A stretch of 63,900 nt of DNA, filler included, from Olpidium bornovanus S191 (GCA_017911155.1; 30 parts of 30 records of this genome joined end to end with filler, not necessarily neighbours in it), one strand, 5' to 3'. Counted from the whole stretch's first letter, positions 1 to 10,750 are shown. The notes: generated from the letters alone by a model not told the origin. A program made the numbers and translations.

Positions 1-259
1 CATGGGAACTGGAACTGGCGCGGCGGGCCTGACTCGCTGGACCGGTCTTCTGGAACAGCGGCTGTAACGGCTGCGCCGGCGCTCCGGGAGGTCCAATGTT
101 CTGCAAGGATTTCCTCGCGGAGGGCGCCGATTCCAGGACGCTGCGCTGGGCCGGCCCGCTGCCGGGCCGCTGCTGCTGCCGCTGCTGCTGCCGCTGCTGC
201 TGCTGGTGAGGCAATTTGGGCAGCAGCGCACCGCCGTCCTTCTGGGCGGAACGATCCAT
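1..259 (-). CDS. Possible 5' end of a hypothetical protein with a Gln-rich disordered N-terminus (runs off the window)
   Basis: Minus-strand ATG at 259 opens MDRSAQKDGGALLPKLPHQQQQRQQQRQQQR... with no stop to position 1. No family recognised. Confidence 0.3.
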   Translation of the reverse strand, partial: MDRSAQKDGGALLPKLPHQQQQRQQQRQQQRPGSGPAQRSVLESAPSARKSLQNIGPPGAPAQPLQPLFQKTGPASQARRASSSSH

Positions 260-1153
260 TATTGCAGCAGCAGCAAAGCTGCTGAAGCGAAGGCCCGGTG
301 CGTGTTCGTATCACAGACACACCAGCAACGGCCGGGAGCTCTGGCGAGGGGTGGGGATCCGGCGACGTGACGACGGGGGCCGGGCGGGCGGAGCGACGCA
401 AGGGACGCGCCCGCGACCGCGCCCGCGCGGCGCGGACGGGGGGTGCAGGGGATGGGGCGGGGCGGTGCTGTCTGACGCCACACGCCGGCCTCCTCCTTTT
501 CGCCGACTACGCGGGGACCGGGGAGGGATAAGGGCGAGAATGGACCGCCTTCTTCTTTCTGAGAGCTCGCGGCGAGGTTGTTTTTTTTCCCTGTTTTTTT
601 TTTTTTCCTGTCTAGTTACTGAGATTAATGCGCACGCGCCTTTCCCCTTATTCCCCCGCCCGGGAAAACCCACCAAAGCCCCTTCCTTCCTCTTCTCCCC
701 TTAGCCGCGATCGCACACCATCGCACGCACGCACGCACGCACGCACGCACAAGCGCCGGGGGAAGGCGGAAGAAGACTCCTCTCGTTCGCGCGCAACCCG
801 CCCAAACCGCAACCCGCGGCGGCACGCGCGCAGCAGCAGCAGCAGCAGCAGCAGCAGGCCGAGCTGCGCAGCGCGCCAGGGAGTCGCGAGGGAGAAGGGG
901 GAAGGCGCGGAGGAAGGGCCGAGAGGAGACAGAGAAAAGGGAAAGAGCAGAGAAAAAAAAAAAACCAGAGGGAGAACGAGAGAGACAAAAAGAAAGAAGA
1001 GAGAGAAAACGCTCTGCGAGTGTTCTTTCTTTCTCTTGTTTTTGTTTCTACCCCTCCGTCAACCGCGGCGAAAACACAAAAAAAAAAAACCCCCACGCGC
1101 CCCCATAGTTTCTTCTTCCAAAAGAGCAAAAAAAAAAAACAAAACGAAAAATA

Positions 1154-1227
1154 TGATCTCTACCAGATTCGAACTGGTGACCGTCTGTGTGTTAGACAGA
1201 CGTGATAACCAACTACACCAAGAGATC
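1154..1227 (-). tRNA. trnV(AAC): tRNA-Val (AAC), intronless
   Basis: Acceptor stem GATCTCT/AGAGATC; A-box TGGTGTAGTTGG; anticodon arm TCTGT-CTAACAC-ACAGA; T-loop GTTCGAATC; T-run Pol III terminator immediately downstream. Confidence 0.96.
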
Positions 1228-1758
1228 AAACGCGTTGGGTTACTCGCGGCGGGTTGACTTATATGGAGAGTCCGGTATTCCGGGAAGACCGCCGGCGCGC
1301 GGCGTTCTCGGTTACCGTCACGTTTTTGTCGGCTGCACGATGCCTTGCCCGCGCAATAACCACCGACTGCGATGTCGCCAAGGAAACTCTGTCACCGGGG
1401 TGGCACGGAGGAAGCCTTATATTCTGCTGCGGGCGCTGGCCATCCGGCGTGGTGGTACAACTGGGGGAGGGATTCAGTGCCGCGCTTGCCGCAGGAAGAA
1501 ATCGGTTGGGGTGTGGGGGGGAGGTGGGGAGCAGGGCGAGGCCGTGGCGGTGGGGAGGCGGACATGAGCCACAACGCTCGGAAGAAGACACGTGCCGGTG
1601 TCCGTTGATCATGCCGGCGATTGGATTGCGCCCTGTTTTTCCCCCTGTTCGGCAAAATCAGCAGGGCCCGTTCGGCGCCGCCGCAATCTCTTTCCCTCCC
1701 ATACACGCGCGCCGTGCAAGAGGGCGAAGGGGGGGGGTTCTTTCTGGTTTTGAGTGTC

Positions 1759-1789
<31 letters not shown>

Positions 1790-1796
1790 CGCGCGC

Positions 1797-1896
1797 NNNN
1801 NNNNNNNNNNNNNNNNNNNNNNNNNNNNNNNNNNNNNNNNTTAATTAATTAANNNNNNNNNNNNNNNNNNNNNNNNNNNNNNNNNNNNNNNNNNNN
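1797..1896. other. Artificial contig spacer (first of 29 identical 44N-TTAATTAATTAA-44N linkers; last at 62167-62266)
   Basis: Identical 100-nt block recurs throughout. TTAATTAATTAA puts stops in all six frames, and genes are cut abruptly at each linker. Confidence 0.98.
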
Positions 1897-2548
1897 AAAT
1901 TCCGCCGCCCCGGCTTCGTGACTGTCAATGAACAGCCCTGTTTTTATGTTGTTCGACTCGACTTTGGCGCGTTGCGAGGAAGGTAAAAAGAGGAAATGAA
2001 CACGAATACGAACATGAAGATGCCACAGCCTTTTTCTGCTATTTCGAAAATTTCAGTTCTTTTGACGACTTGGGTAGACGACCTTACAGTTAGCGGTCCG
2101 GACTCTTCTACGCTTTCCAAATACCTCCTTACTGTACCCCAAGTTCCCTCTGACAGAGACCGGTGCGCTCAAATACATCGTTGTCACCCAAGTTTTCCGC
2201 GTCCCAGACGGCATATACCTCACTCAGTCGCAATACATAAAACAAATTCTGGATTGTTTTGGGCTTACACAATGTCACCCCGAGACGACGCCTATCGATC
2301 CGAGCGCCATCTAATCCCAGCACCCGCGTGCAGACGCAGCACCCGCGTGCAGACGCAGCACCTGCATCCAAACACGCTTTGGGGAATTGGTTAGCTCGCT
2401 CCTTTACCTTGCGACTCGTACCAGGCCGGACACTGCCACAGCAGTTTCCTTTCTCTCGCAGTTTACCACAAACCCCGCGCCTGCCCACTGGGCGGGCTTA
2501 AAACGCATTGTCCGATACCTCAAAAGCACCAGCAACCACGGGTTTTTC
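1897..2548 (+). mobile_element. Degenerate Ty1/copia reverse transcriptase
   Basis: Frameshifted motifs: LLTTWVDDLTVSG (YVDD equivalent), LKYIVVTQVFRVPDGIYLTQSQYIKQILDCFG, LLYLATRTRPDTATAVSFLSQFTTNPAPAHWAGLKRIVRYLKST. Confidence 0.9.
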
Positions 2549-2661
2549 TGTTAGAGATAAATTCCCATTGTGCTGGCGTGATGTTATTATATATCTCCTT
2601 TTTCGAAAGGGAACGCGTCTCCGCACGCGGCGAACCACATAACTAAACAGGTTATGAGCTC
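2549..2661 (+). mobile_element. Short copia-type LTR (TGTTAG...CTAAACA) plus primer-binding site, abutting the copia RT remnant
   Basis: TG...CA termini at 2549-2649, followed directly by GGTTATGAGCTC (Ty5/copia half-tRNA-iMet PBS, one mismatch). Confidence 0.6.
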
Positions 2662-2899
2662 AACCCGAACCTGAAGCTGACGCCGTTGACGCTCCGCCGC
2701 CCCCCGGCACCGTCGACGCTTCGCCCTCGTCGGCACCATCGACCCTACGCCCCCCCGCTTCGCTCCCGGCACCGTCGCTTCGCCTCGCTTCGCCTCAGCC
2801 ATTGATCTTCCCGTTCTACCGCCCACTGCAGATGAAATCCATGCCATGACGCTCGAGGAGATGGCTGATGCCTATGCCGATACTTTTCTCAATATCTCA

Positions 2900-3385
2900 A
2901 ACTTACAGCCTGCGCACCGTTATTCGCGAGCACATCCGCCAAACGCAGGAGGCTGGTATCGTTATACCGTCGACTAGCCCCTGGGCGTCGCCCGTCGTTC
3001 CCGTCCCCAAACCCGGTGCCGTGATCTGTTTTTGCGTCGATTACGGCGCGCTCAATTCCGTTACTAAAACCGAGCTTTACCTGTTCCTGTGCGTTGACGC
3101 CCGCTTGATGCTGTCATTGGTGCTGTTTATTTTTTGATGATCGATCTTGCCTGGCAGATCCCGCTCGGGCGCAAACCACTCAAGCGAAAACCGCATTTAT
3201 TTTGCACGAAGCATCTCCTCGACCTCCGAAGGGTCTTCAAGCGGCTCGAAACCGCCGGCCTCCGCATGACAGCCAAGCAGTGCGCCTTTTGCTGCGATGA
3301 GGTCCTGTACTTCGGGCACCTCGATACCGACAAAGGCCTCGCGTCTTATTACCGTAAATTCCTCACTCGTTTCGCTCTTCGACCG
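2900..3385 (+). mobile_element. Degenerate Ty3/gypsy reverse transcriptase
   Basis: AGIVIPSTSPWASPVVPVPKPGAVICFCVDYGALNSVTK, then RVFKRLETAGLRMTAKQCAF...LYFGHL...GLASYYRKF. The central part is deleted or frameshifted. Confidence 0.9.
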
Positions 3386-3603
3386 NNNNNNNNNNNNNNN
3401 NNNNNNNNNNNNNNNNNNNNNNNNNNNNNTTAATTAATTAANNNNNNNNNNNNNNNNNNNNNNNNNNNNNNNNNNNNNNNNNNNNACGGTAAGCTTTCGT
3501 GTTAACTCAGAGATAATTCAACCGCTGGTTTCGGAACTTTACTACATTTCCAATTACTCCTCCGCTGGACGCCCTCCTTATAGGCTGGGCTACGGTCTAC
3601 AAC

Positions 3604-4305
3604 ATGACGACAGATTATCACGGCGTAGCACCGATGGCGTGCCTCGCTCAAGCCGAAGAGACAACGGAAGACGTTTTCAGAGATGAGGCGAGAGCGAACG
3701 ACGCAGCTGCAACAGGCGATCCGCCTGGCGGCGGCGGCAGTTTCTTTCGGTCTGACGGAAGGCCTGGGACGGCGACAGATTCCGAGGACCTGAATGCCGA
3801 AGCGCTCGCCGGTCCCAGAAGTCCAGGCTGGCAGGAGCCGCGAACGTCTGAGACGTACTCCGTCGCGGAGCGCCTTTCGCTCCCGAACCTTCCCGAGATC
3901 GACTTCAAGGAGCCGGCTCCTTCTACCACCAAGCTGCCGCGTTTGCCGCTCTCAACCCCCGCCGCGGCGGACGGTGTTCCGTCCAACGCCGGACGCGGCG
4001 GTCCGGTCTCCCGAGCCGCGGCGCGGCTCCCGTCTCTTATCGTCACCACCGACCTCCCGGTCGCGCCGCTGCCGATCAAGACCCCCGTACGCAAGTCATC
4101 CACCCGCCACCACGGCGGCGGCGAGGATTGGATTTTGAAGTACCGCCAGAACCGACAGCAAGGCGCCCCGCGGCGTTCTGCGGAAAGCCCGCGGGCGAGT
4201 CCGGGCGGAACGCCAAATCTTGGCGGCATCCGCGAGTCGTCCCCCACTTCTTCCTTCGCCGCGTCGCCGCTGTCCGCGGAGTATCCGGGCCGCGCTGGGG
4301 AATAA
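3604..4305 (+). CDS. Hypothetical low-complexity Ser/Pro-rich protein (233 aa ORF, possibly one exon)
   Basis: ATG-started 700-nt ORF; no recognisable domain. Confidence 0.35.
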   Translation: MTTDYHGVAPMACLAQAEETTEDVFRDEARANDAAATGDPPGGGGSFFRSDGRPGTATDSEDLNAEALAGPRSPGWQEPRTSETYSVAERLSLPNLPEIDFKEPAPSTTKLPRLPLSTPAAADGVPSNAGRGGPVSRAAARLPSLIVTTDLPVAPLPIKTPVRKSSTRHHGGGEDWILKYRQNRQQGAPRRSAESPRASPGGTPNLGGIRESSPTSSFAASPLSAEYPGRAGE

Positions 4306-4832
4306 CCTTGCCGGAGTAACCCTAAGGAGAACTCCGCCCCGAGGACGTCAAAAAAAAGGAATAACGCCCGAGGGGTCCGAGCAGCACGCTCCGCATTATC
4401 TCAAATTATTTCATCCTCAAACACTTTCCACGTTCCCTAGATTCATTCCCGCCCATCATTCGGCACGATAGCGCCGTGATCATTATCTTTGCATAAATCT
4501 ATCTCGCAACGAAGAGGGAGAGGGCCCACACCCCTTATTCCCTTTTCCCGCGGTGGATCCCAACCGGTCAGGTTTGACCGCTTTACCGAGATTTCTCTCG
4601 GCCGAGGTTTCGGGCGGTCGGATTTTTTGTTTTCCCCCGTTGCACATCAAAGCGAGACACCGGTCGCCAGGAGCGACCTATTTTATATTTTGTCTTCTGT
4701 GCCGATGTTCTTCTACTCGGGTCCCGTTGCACATAAAAACGTGAGAGCAGTGTTTGTACTGCCTTGTCAGTGTGCGTTGTGCCCGCGCGCGTGTTGTGTG
4801 TGTGTGAGTGCGCCCTTCGTCAAGCGAATCCG

Positions 4833-4865
<33 letters not shown>

Positions 4866-5481
4866 GGGGGGGGCCCCACCCTCGTAACTTTGTTGACCCC
4901 GGGGGGGGGGGGGGGGGGGGGGGGGGCGGGGAAAGAAGGGTTTTCTGCCCGTGTGTCAGCGTCGGGAAACGCGGCCCGGCCGCCGTTGGTGCCGAGTTTT
5001 CTTCTTCTCCCCCACCACCCTCTTCCCCCAGCCGGCGGCCGTTCCTCTTCATTCCTCAGGGGCGAGGGCCAAAAGTTTCGTGTTTCCCGATGGTTTCCCC
5101 CTGGGCCGTCGCGCCAAACCAACCCGCGACACCGTGGCGCGCGCGCTTCGCGGGTGGTGGCGCGTTTTCGGAAGGGGAGGGGGGCTAAGAGTTTCGACGC
5201 GCCCCGTGGTTCCCGGAGGTGGGAGGAGGAGGGAGGAAGACGGGTTCGGGGGGGGGGGGGGGGGGGGGGGGGGCCCCTTTCCTGGTCTGCGGGAACGCCG
5301 GCTCAGCCACCAGGCAGACATGCACAGACTGNNNNNNNNNNNNNNNNNNNNNNNNNNNNNNNNNNNNNNNNNNNNTTAATTAATTAANNNNNNNNNNNNN
5401 NNNNNNNNNNNNNNNNNNNNNNNNNNNNNNNCCCCTTTCCCCCCCCCCCGGGGGTTTTTAGGGGAAAAAAAAAAAAAAAAA

Positions 5482-5522
<41 letters not shown>

Positions 5523-6076
5523 CCCCCCCCCCCCCCCCCCCCCCCCTATTTCAGCTTTCTGACCAACCGCCTCCCTTTTTGCGCGTGAAGCGTCCTCCCG
5601 AGGCAGACGGAAACGATCCACCGGACCACTCCGTCCCGCCCCCGCCCTGCCGGGTTCGGCTTTTTCCCTCGGGATTTTTTATTTGGTCACGGCGGGTGTG
5701 TGCGGTAAAGTGGCCACCGCGAGAATTAACGGCGTTTGAAATGTCGGATTTAGACGAGACAAAAACAGAGCGCGAGCGCCGCCGAAGAAACCTGGCAGAA
5801 GGGAGGGGGGAGGGGGGGGGCAAACATATCTAGTTTCGTCCGTCATGTTGGAGCTCTGTGGCCAAAAGTCACTTTTCTTTTTTTTAGTCGAATGCGATGC
5901 TTTTCGAAGGCGGGTGGTAAGCCCGTGCTGATTACCCACGTTCTACAAGTTTTAGATGTGGCTCCGGGGTGATACGCACGCGCCAATTCGGTTGTCGCGA
6001 GTTTTTTCCGGATGGCTCGTTCGCCGTGAAGTGAGAAAGCCGAAAGTGTGCGGACAGGGCGAAACAGCGGTGGAGC

Positions 6077-6918
6077 TCAGGCGTCCACCATGTCGTCGCC
6101 CTCGTCGTCGGATAAATTCTCCCACTCGCTGCCGTCGTCCGTGCCCTGCTCGTCGCGGTCCTCGTCCTCCTCGGGTTCTTCTTCCTCGCCCTCTTCGACG
6201 TCGGGCAAGACGCTCCGGATCGACGCCATCAGTTCGCGGGTGTGCTCGAGGATGCCGATGTCGCCGCTGTCGAGTTCGCGGTGCCACTTCAGGGTGCTGC
6301 GGAAGAAATCCCACGCCAACCGGACGGCGGCCGCGGGGCTAACGGCGGCGGGGTCGGAACAGCCCGCGCCTTCCCCGTCCGCCGCGAACTGCGGGCTGAC
6401 GGTGTTGTCCGGCGCCGCGGGGAGCTCCCCGGTCTCGCCGTCCACCGCCAGCAGGTAGTACGTGTATCCGAAAAGGTACCAAAGGTCGACCACCTTCTCG
6501 TCTTCTTCCTGCAAGCGGCCGAGCACGAACAGGGCCTCGCGGCACTGGGAGAGCTCTAGGAGGATCTTCACAAGGTTTATCCGCGATTCGTACGACGGGA
6601 TTGCCGGGTCGTCTGAGGCGGACGGCGCGGCGCAACCGCAGTTAGGATCCCGCGCGGCGGAACTTTTCGAGAAGCCGGAAAGGAACCAAATCTGGCGGAA
6701 AAAAAAAAAGAAAAAAAAGGCCCGCGAGCAAACTCGCACCCTTCTCCAGGTCTTTCCATATCTGGATGCTCTGCGCGACCGCGGCGCGCGCGTCGGCGTG
6801 TCGCTCCTGGCTGAGCCTCACTGACGCAAGGGTCTGGTACACTTCCGGGTTGCTCGCATCTACAGCTGCTGCCTGCAGCAGATAGCTTTCGCACCGGGAC
6901 GCCGCGTCCGGCTCCATG
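6077..6918 (-). CDS. ACL4: Assembly chaperone of Rpl4 (TPR protein), 3' part; exons 6918-6740 and 6612-6077
   Basis: RCESYLLQAAAVDASNPEVYQTLASVRLSQER...PSYESRINLVKILLE...EDEKVVDLWYLFGY, with acidic tail EWENLSDDEGDDMVDA*. Phase-compatible GT-AG intron with a CTAAC branch point. Confidence 0.85.
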
Positions 6919-7010
6919 CTGACAAGAAAAGGGCCCGAGAGTTTTCCCCGCGCGTCAGGACGGGATTTTCGGCGGGCGGGGATTCCAACCCGCCGGGCGG
7001 GCGCTCTCGC

Positions 7011-7052
<42 letters not shown>

Positions 7053-7234
7053 GAACCAAAAACCCCCCAGGAAATTTTCGGCACTCCAAAACAGCGCCCT
7101 CGCCACCTTCCGGGGGGGGAGGGGGCGGTCCGCGNNNNNNNNNNNNNNNNNNNNNNNNNNNNNNNNNNNNNNNNNNNNTTAATTAATTAANNNNNNNNNN
7201 NNNNNNNNNNNNNNNNNNNNNNNNNNNNNNNNNN

Positions 7235-7664
7235 GCATGCTTGCCGGGAAAATTGCCTAGTTCAAGGTCGATGCCTACCTGGTCAACACCGGCTGAACAG
7301 GTAGCGCCTACGGCGTCGGGGAGCGCATCTAGCCGAAATATACACGAGCGATCGTTGGTAAACTTTTATTTTCAGCCGCCGGGACCACTGCTCGGCGTCA
7401 AACGCGGAGCTAGAACAACGAAAGGCTCGATCTGCTGCCGCTAGTAATTTTCTTGTCGTTCTCGCAGATGCTGTTCACTTTGGCGAGCTAAAGAATGCCG
7501 ACTTCGAAAATTACGCCGTGCTCAACCTGCCCCTCTTCAAATAACTAACCGGTTTGCCCGCCGGGATACTAAACCAAGAGCGGTCCTGGACTGGCCCGAA
7601 GCACGAATTCGCGGCGAAGCGGCCGAACCTGGCCAACCTGTTCAAAAAGAATTTTGATCTCTGA
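7235..7664 (+). pseudogene. PCK1: Phosphoenolpyruvate carboxykinase (ATP) C-terminal part, pseudogene with four in-frame stops; intron 7358-7467
   Basis: MLAGKIA*FKVDAYLVNTG*TGSAYGVGERI*PKYTRAIV / DAVHFGELKNADFENYAVLNLPLFK*LTGLPAGILN...WTG...LANLFKKNF matches the PEPCK C-terminus (LVNTGWTGG..G.G.R..LKYTRAI). Stops at 7258, 7294, 7330 and 7542. Confidence 0.9.
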
Positions 7665-8070
7665 ACGGGCTATTGATGAAATAGTGGCTGCCGCACCCAA
7701 GCTGTGACAAAGTGACAAGGTGGATCTTATCACGCGTCTCCCGCACCCAAGAGAATAGATTTGCCAAGGAATTGCACCTCCCTTCCGGTGGGCTGGCCCA
7801 GTGGGCAGTGGCAGGCAGTTACTCTCCACCGCGTCCGCACCAATAGTTCCCTTGTAAAAAAAAAAACACCCGCCCGATATAGAAATTGGCGGGCCTGTTT
7901 CGACTGAGCGACCGCAACGCGCCGAGAACGCGAGAGACATGCAAGCGTTGCTACAGGGATTTCCGTGAAACGAAATGCCGTCGGTTGCCGGTCCCAGGCT
8001 CTTTCTGGGCGTTCGTGTTGGGCTAGTGTTCTGCTGACCCTGCGCGTGGTCTCGTCGTCCCATACTGCAG

Positions 8071-9263
8071 ACCCGCCCGGAGCAGGTGCTTGCGTTAGCG
8101 GAGAGCCTGGTCACGGCCACCTCCGTTGCGCTCCCGGAATTTCAGTCCCAGCGAACTTCGGGACCGTGTCCGGAGCTGGATGCGACTCTCCTTTGCGTTA
8201 TGGCCGCAATCGACAGCCCCGGCATCGTGCGCGGAAGCGAAGGCTGGGAAGAGCTGCTGGAGCGGTTTTTCTGGCAGATCGCGCTGCCAATCATGTCGGC
8301 CGGCCTGCCGACCGGCGAGTCGGGCGAGAGCGGGCTCCTGGATCCCCATGCCGGGAAGCGCGTTTGGCGAGGTCAGTGGATTTGCGGGGTCGGGAGGCGC
8401 CCAATTTAAAGCAACCTGGCGGGTGTTCTGCCAACGCCACGGTCCTTGTTGTCTGTAGTCACGGCAGTCGCTGCCGCCTCGCAAGCGATTCTTCCAGAAG
8501 ACAGGAGGACGCGGGCGTTGGACGCCGTTCTGCAAGCACTACGGGCTGCCTCCGAATCTGAACTGCATGGACTGCACGCGAATTCTGAGCACGCGGTTCC
8601 TCCTCTGGTTGCTCTGGACTTCGTACAGCGGTTCCTGCGCGCCTCAAGTTCCGCAACGGAGGCGCACCGCGATGAGGAAGGAGAGATCTTCTTTGGCGCC
8701 GAGTGGGCGATCTTCAGCGAAGTATTAGAGGCTGTACTGCCCCTGCTGGAGATAACGGACTCAGAGATGCGGACCACGGCAGGCTCGATCGTCGGCTCGC
8801 TCTTTGATCTTGCAGCAGGTCGCCGAAACCGGGCGGCCCTGTCTCGCTGGACCCCCATGCTGTGGTGCCGCGTGCGGACGATTGCTGGGCTGGTCCCGAA
8901 GCACGCCGCGCGAAAAGACCTGGTCACCCTGCTCGCCAAGGTCTCCACGCCGCTCCTGCCCACGTGTGGGCCGGCTGGGTCGCAGTTCGATGTCTGCACC
9001 GACGAGACGTTTTGGATCTGTCTTCAGGAAGCGCTGAAGAGCGGCGACGCCGCGAGGCGAAAGCTCTCGCTCTACGCCTTGAAAAAGGTGCTGGATAGCG
9101 TCCGCGGCCGTTACGCGAAGTCCGCGTCGCCGGCAACGGCTGTCGCTGAAGGCGAGGCTTCGAGTGGTCCCGCCTGGACGCCCTACTTTCAGTGGGACCC
9201 GCGGTGGGAGGAAAAGCTCGATGAACTGTGGGGATCGTTCTTTTTTCTCTACGACATCATGCA
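8071..9263 (+). CDS. TRM3: TARBP1/Trm3-like tRNA (Gm18) methyltransferase, N-terminal helical region (partial); exons 8071-8371 and 8459-9263
   Basis: FWICLQEALKSGDAARRKLSLYALKKVL...W...LWGSFFFLYDIM resembles the TARBP1 segment (FW..VQ.GL...D.L.RKRA.YLL...FWE.YILIME). The SpoU domain is not in the contig. Confidence 0.6.
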
Positions 9264-9363
9264 NNNNNNNNNNNNNNNNNNNNNNNNNNNNNNNNNNNNN
9301 NNNNNNNTTAATTAATTAANNNNNNNNNNNNNNNNNNNNNNNNNNNNNNNNNNNNNNNNNNNN

Positions 9364-10358
9364 CAAAGGGCGCGGGCTGGTGGCCAGGTGTCATCGTCCA
9401 GTCATCATGTAGTCGGTGGCTCCTGAATCAAGGAGGATGGCATCCGGAGGAACACAGGCAGCCGAATTCGCGCAAAGGGCGCGGGCTGGTGGCCAGGTGT
9501 CATCGTCCTTGGACTGGTGCGCGTCGCCTGACCCGCCTGAAGATGAGGTACGCGACGAAGCGAGGTTACGACGTGCAGTTTCCTGAAGGTCTGGCGGAAG
9601 TAAGCGACACTCAGAAGGAGAATGGTCTGGTGACCGGCAAAACATGCATGGGTTGCGGGGGCGGTTCGAACGTGGCGGTTGGGTAGGTTGGCCACGGCCG
9701 TCTGGATGAAACCGGCGATCAATGCGAGAGTCATGTTGAGTGCGCCGTAAATCAGGGCGAGTGCGGCGTGAATCAGGGCGAGGGCGCCCGAAGGAAAGAG
9801 AGGGGGGTCCTCCGCGAGGGGGCACGAATCGAGAAAAAAAGCGAAAAGCGGCTGCGGCGGCCGGCGGAAAAGCGGCCGAACCGCAGCGGCGGCGGCGGCG
9901 AAAGGCGGCGAAAAGCGCAGCGGCTGCCGGAAAGCGGCGGCGGCGGCCGGAAAGCGGCGGCGGCTGCGGCGGCGGCGGCGGCCGGAAAGCGGCGGCGGCT
10001 GCGGCGTCGGCGGCGGCCGGAAAGCGGCGGCCGGAAAGCGGCGGCGGCTGCGGCGGCGGCGGAGCGGCGGCGGCGGCAAAGATGCGGCGGCGGCAAAGAT
10101 GCGGCGGCGGCAAAGATGCGGCGGCGGCGGAGCGAAGCCGAGCTACGCGGAAGGCAGAGCCGAGCTGCGGGGACGGCGCTCCGGGGACGGCCGTCAGAGT
10201 CCGCTTGGGCTCATAACCTGTTGAGGGTTTTTGCGGCGTTGGCGATTTTATTCGGGAACGAAAAGTGACGCGTAAAGTACAGTCGAACAGCCGAACATTC
10301 AGGGGTTCCAACCGCGGGCGTAAATAAAAAATTCAACAAATTCAACACAAATTCAACA
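9364..10358 (-). mobile_element. 5' part of a Ty1/copia LTR retrotransposon: LTR 10358-10219, PBS 10218-10207, gag zinc knuckle and protease start
   Basis: LTR bounded by TGTTGA...TCAACA; PBS GGTTATGAGCCC; knuckle CMFCRSPDHSPSEC; protease motif ILLDSGATDYM; GCC-rich low-complexity stretch inside gag; 109-bp-period duplication at 9364/9473. Confidence 0.85.
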
Positions 10359-10387
10359 GCGCTCGGAGATATCTTGCAATATCTCGT

Positions 10388-10503
10388 ATTGTGGTGCCGG
10401 TACTGGCGGCGGGCTCAGAAATCCGACATTGTGGCACCGTTACTGGCGGCGGGCTCGGAAATCCGATATTGTGGCACCGGTACTGGCGGCGGGCTCGGAA
10501 ATA
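10388..10503. repeat. Tandem repeat, 40-bp unit, about 3 copies
   Basis: ATTGTGGCACCGGTACTGGCGGCGGGCTCGGAAATCCGAT starting at 10388, 10428 and 10468. Confidence 0.95.
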
Positions 10504-10597
10504 TTCCATAAGCCGTTATTATGGCGCCTGTATTGTGTAGTGGACACTCTATTATTCCCTCATTCCTCCGCCCAATGCACCGCCTTCCATCGATGTA

Positions 10598-10750
10598 CCG
10601 TTCGACCTCGATGCTTTCCGTTCGATCTCGATGCTTTCCGTTCGATCTCGATGCCTTCCGTTCGACCTCAATGCTTTCCGTTCGATCTCGATGCCTCTCG
10701 CTCGACCTCGAAGCCCTTCGCTCGATCCCGATGCTCTTCGCCCGCCTTCG
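10598..10750. repeat. Tandem minisatellite, 20-bp unit, about 7-8 copies decaying to the right
   Basis: CCGTTCGATCTCGATGCTTT repeated head-to-tail with no spacers. Confidence 0.95.

Noticed and set aside
1841-1852. Recurrent TTAATTAATTAA palindrome as a biological motif
   Set aside because: Always embedded in fixed 44-N flanks; it is a six-frame-stop concatenation linker.
7235-7664. Alternative genetic code (TAR=Gln, TGA=Trp) as the explanation for the PCK1 stops
   Set aside because: Other genes end normally at TAG (16670, 38216) and TGA (6077, 18041, 22590) and use TGG for Trp; pseudogenisation is simpler. A contaminant origin is not formally excluded.
9391-10311. Ala/Pro/Arg-rich ORFs in several frames as real genes
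   Set aside because: They arise from GCC/GGC low-complexity sequence inside the copia gag region; the same applies to most overlapping Arg/Gly-rich ORFs in this GC-rich window.
10388-10750. Regular repeats that might be a CRISPR array
   Set aside because: Units are head-to-tail with no unique spacers, there are no cas genes, and the context is eukaryotic.
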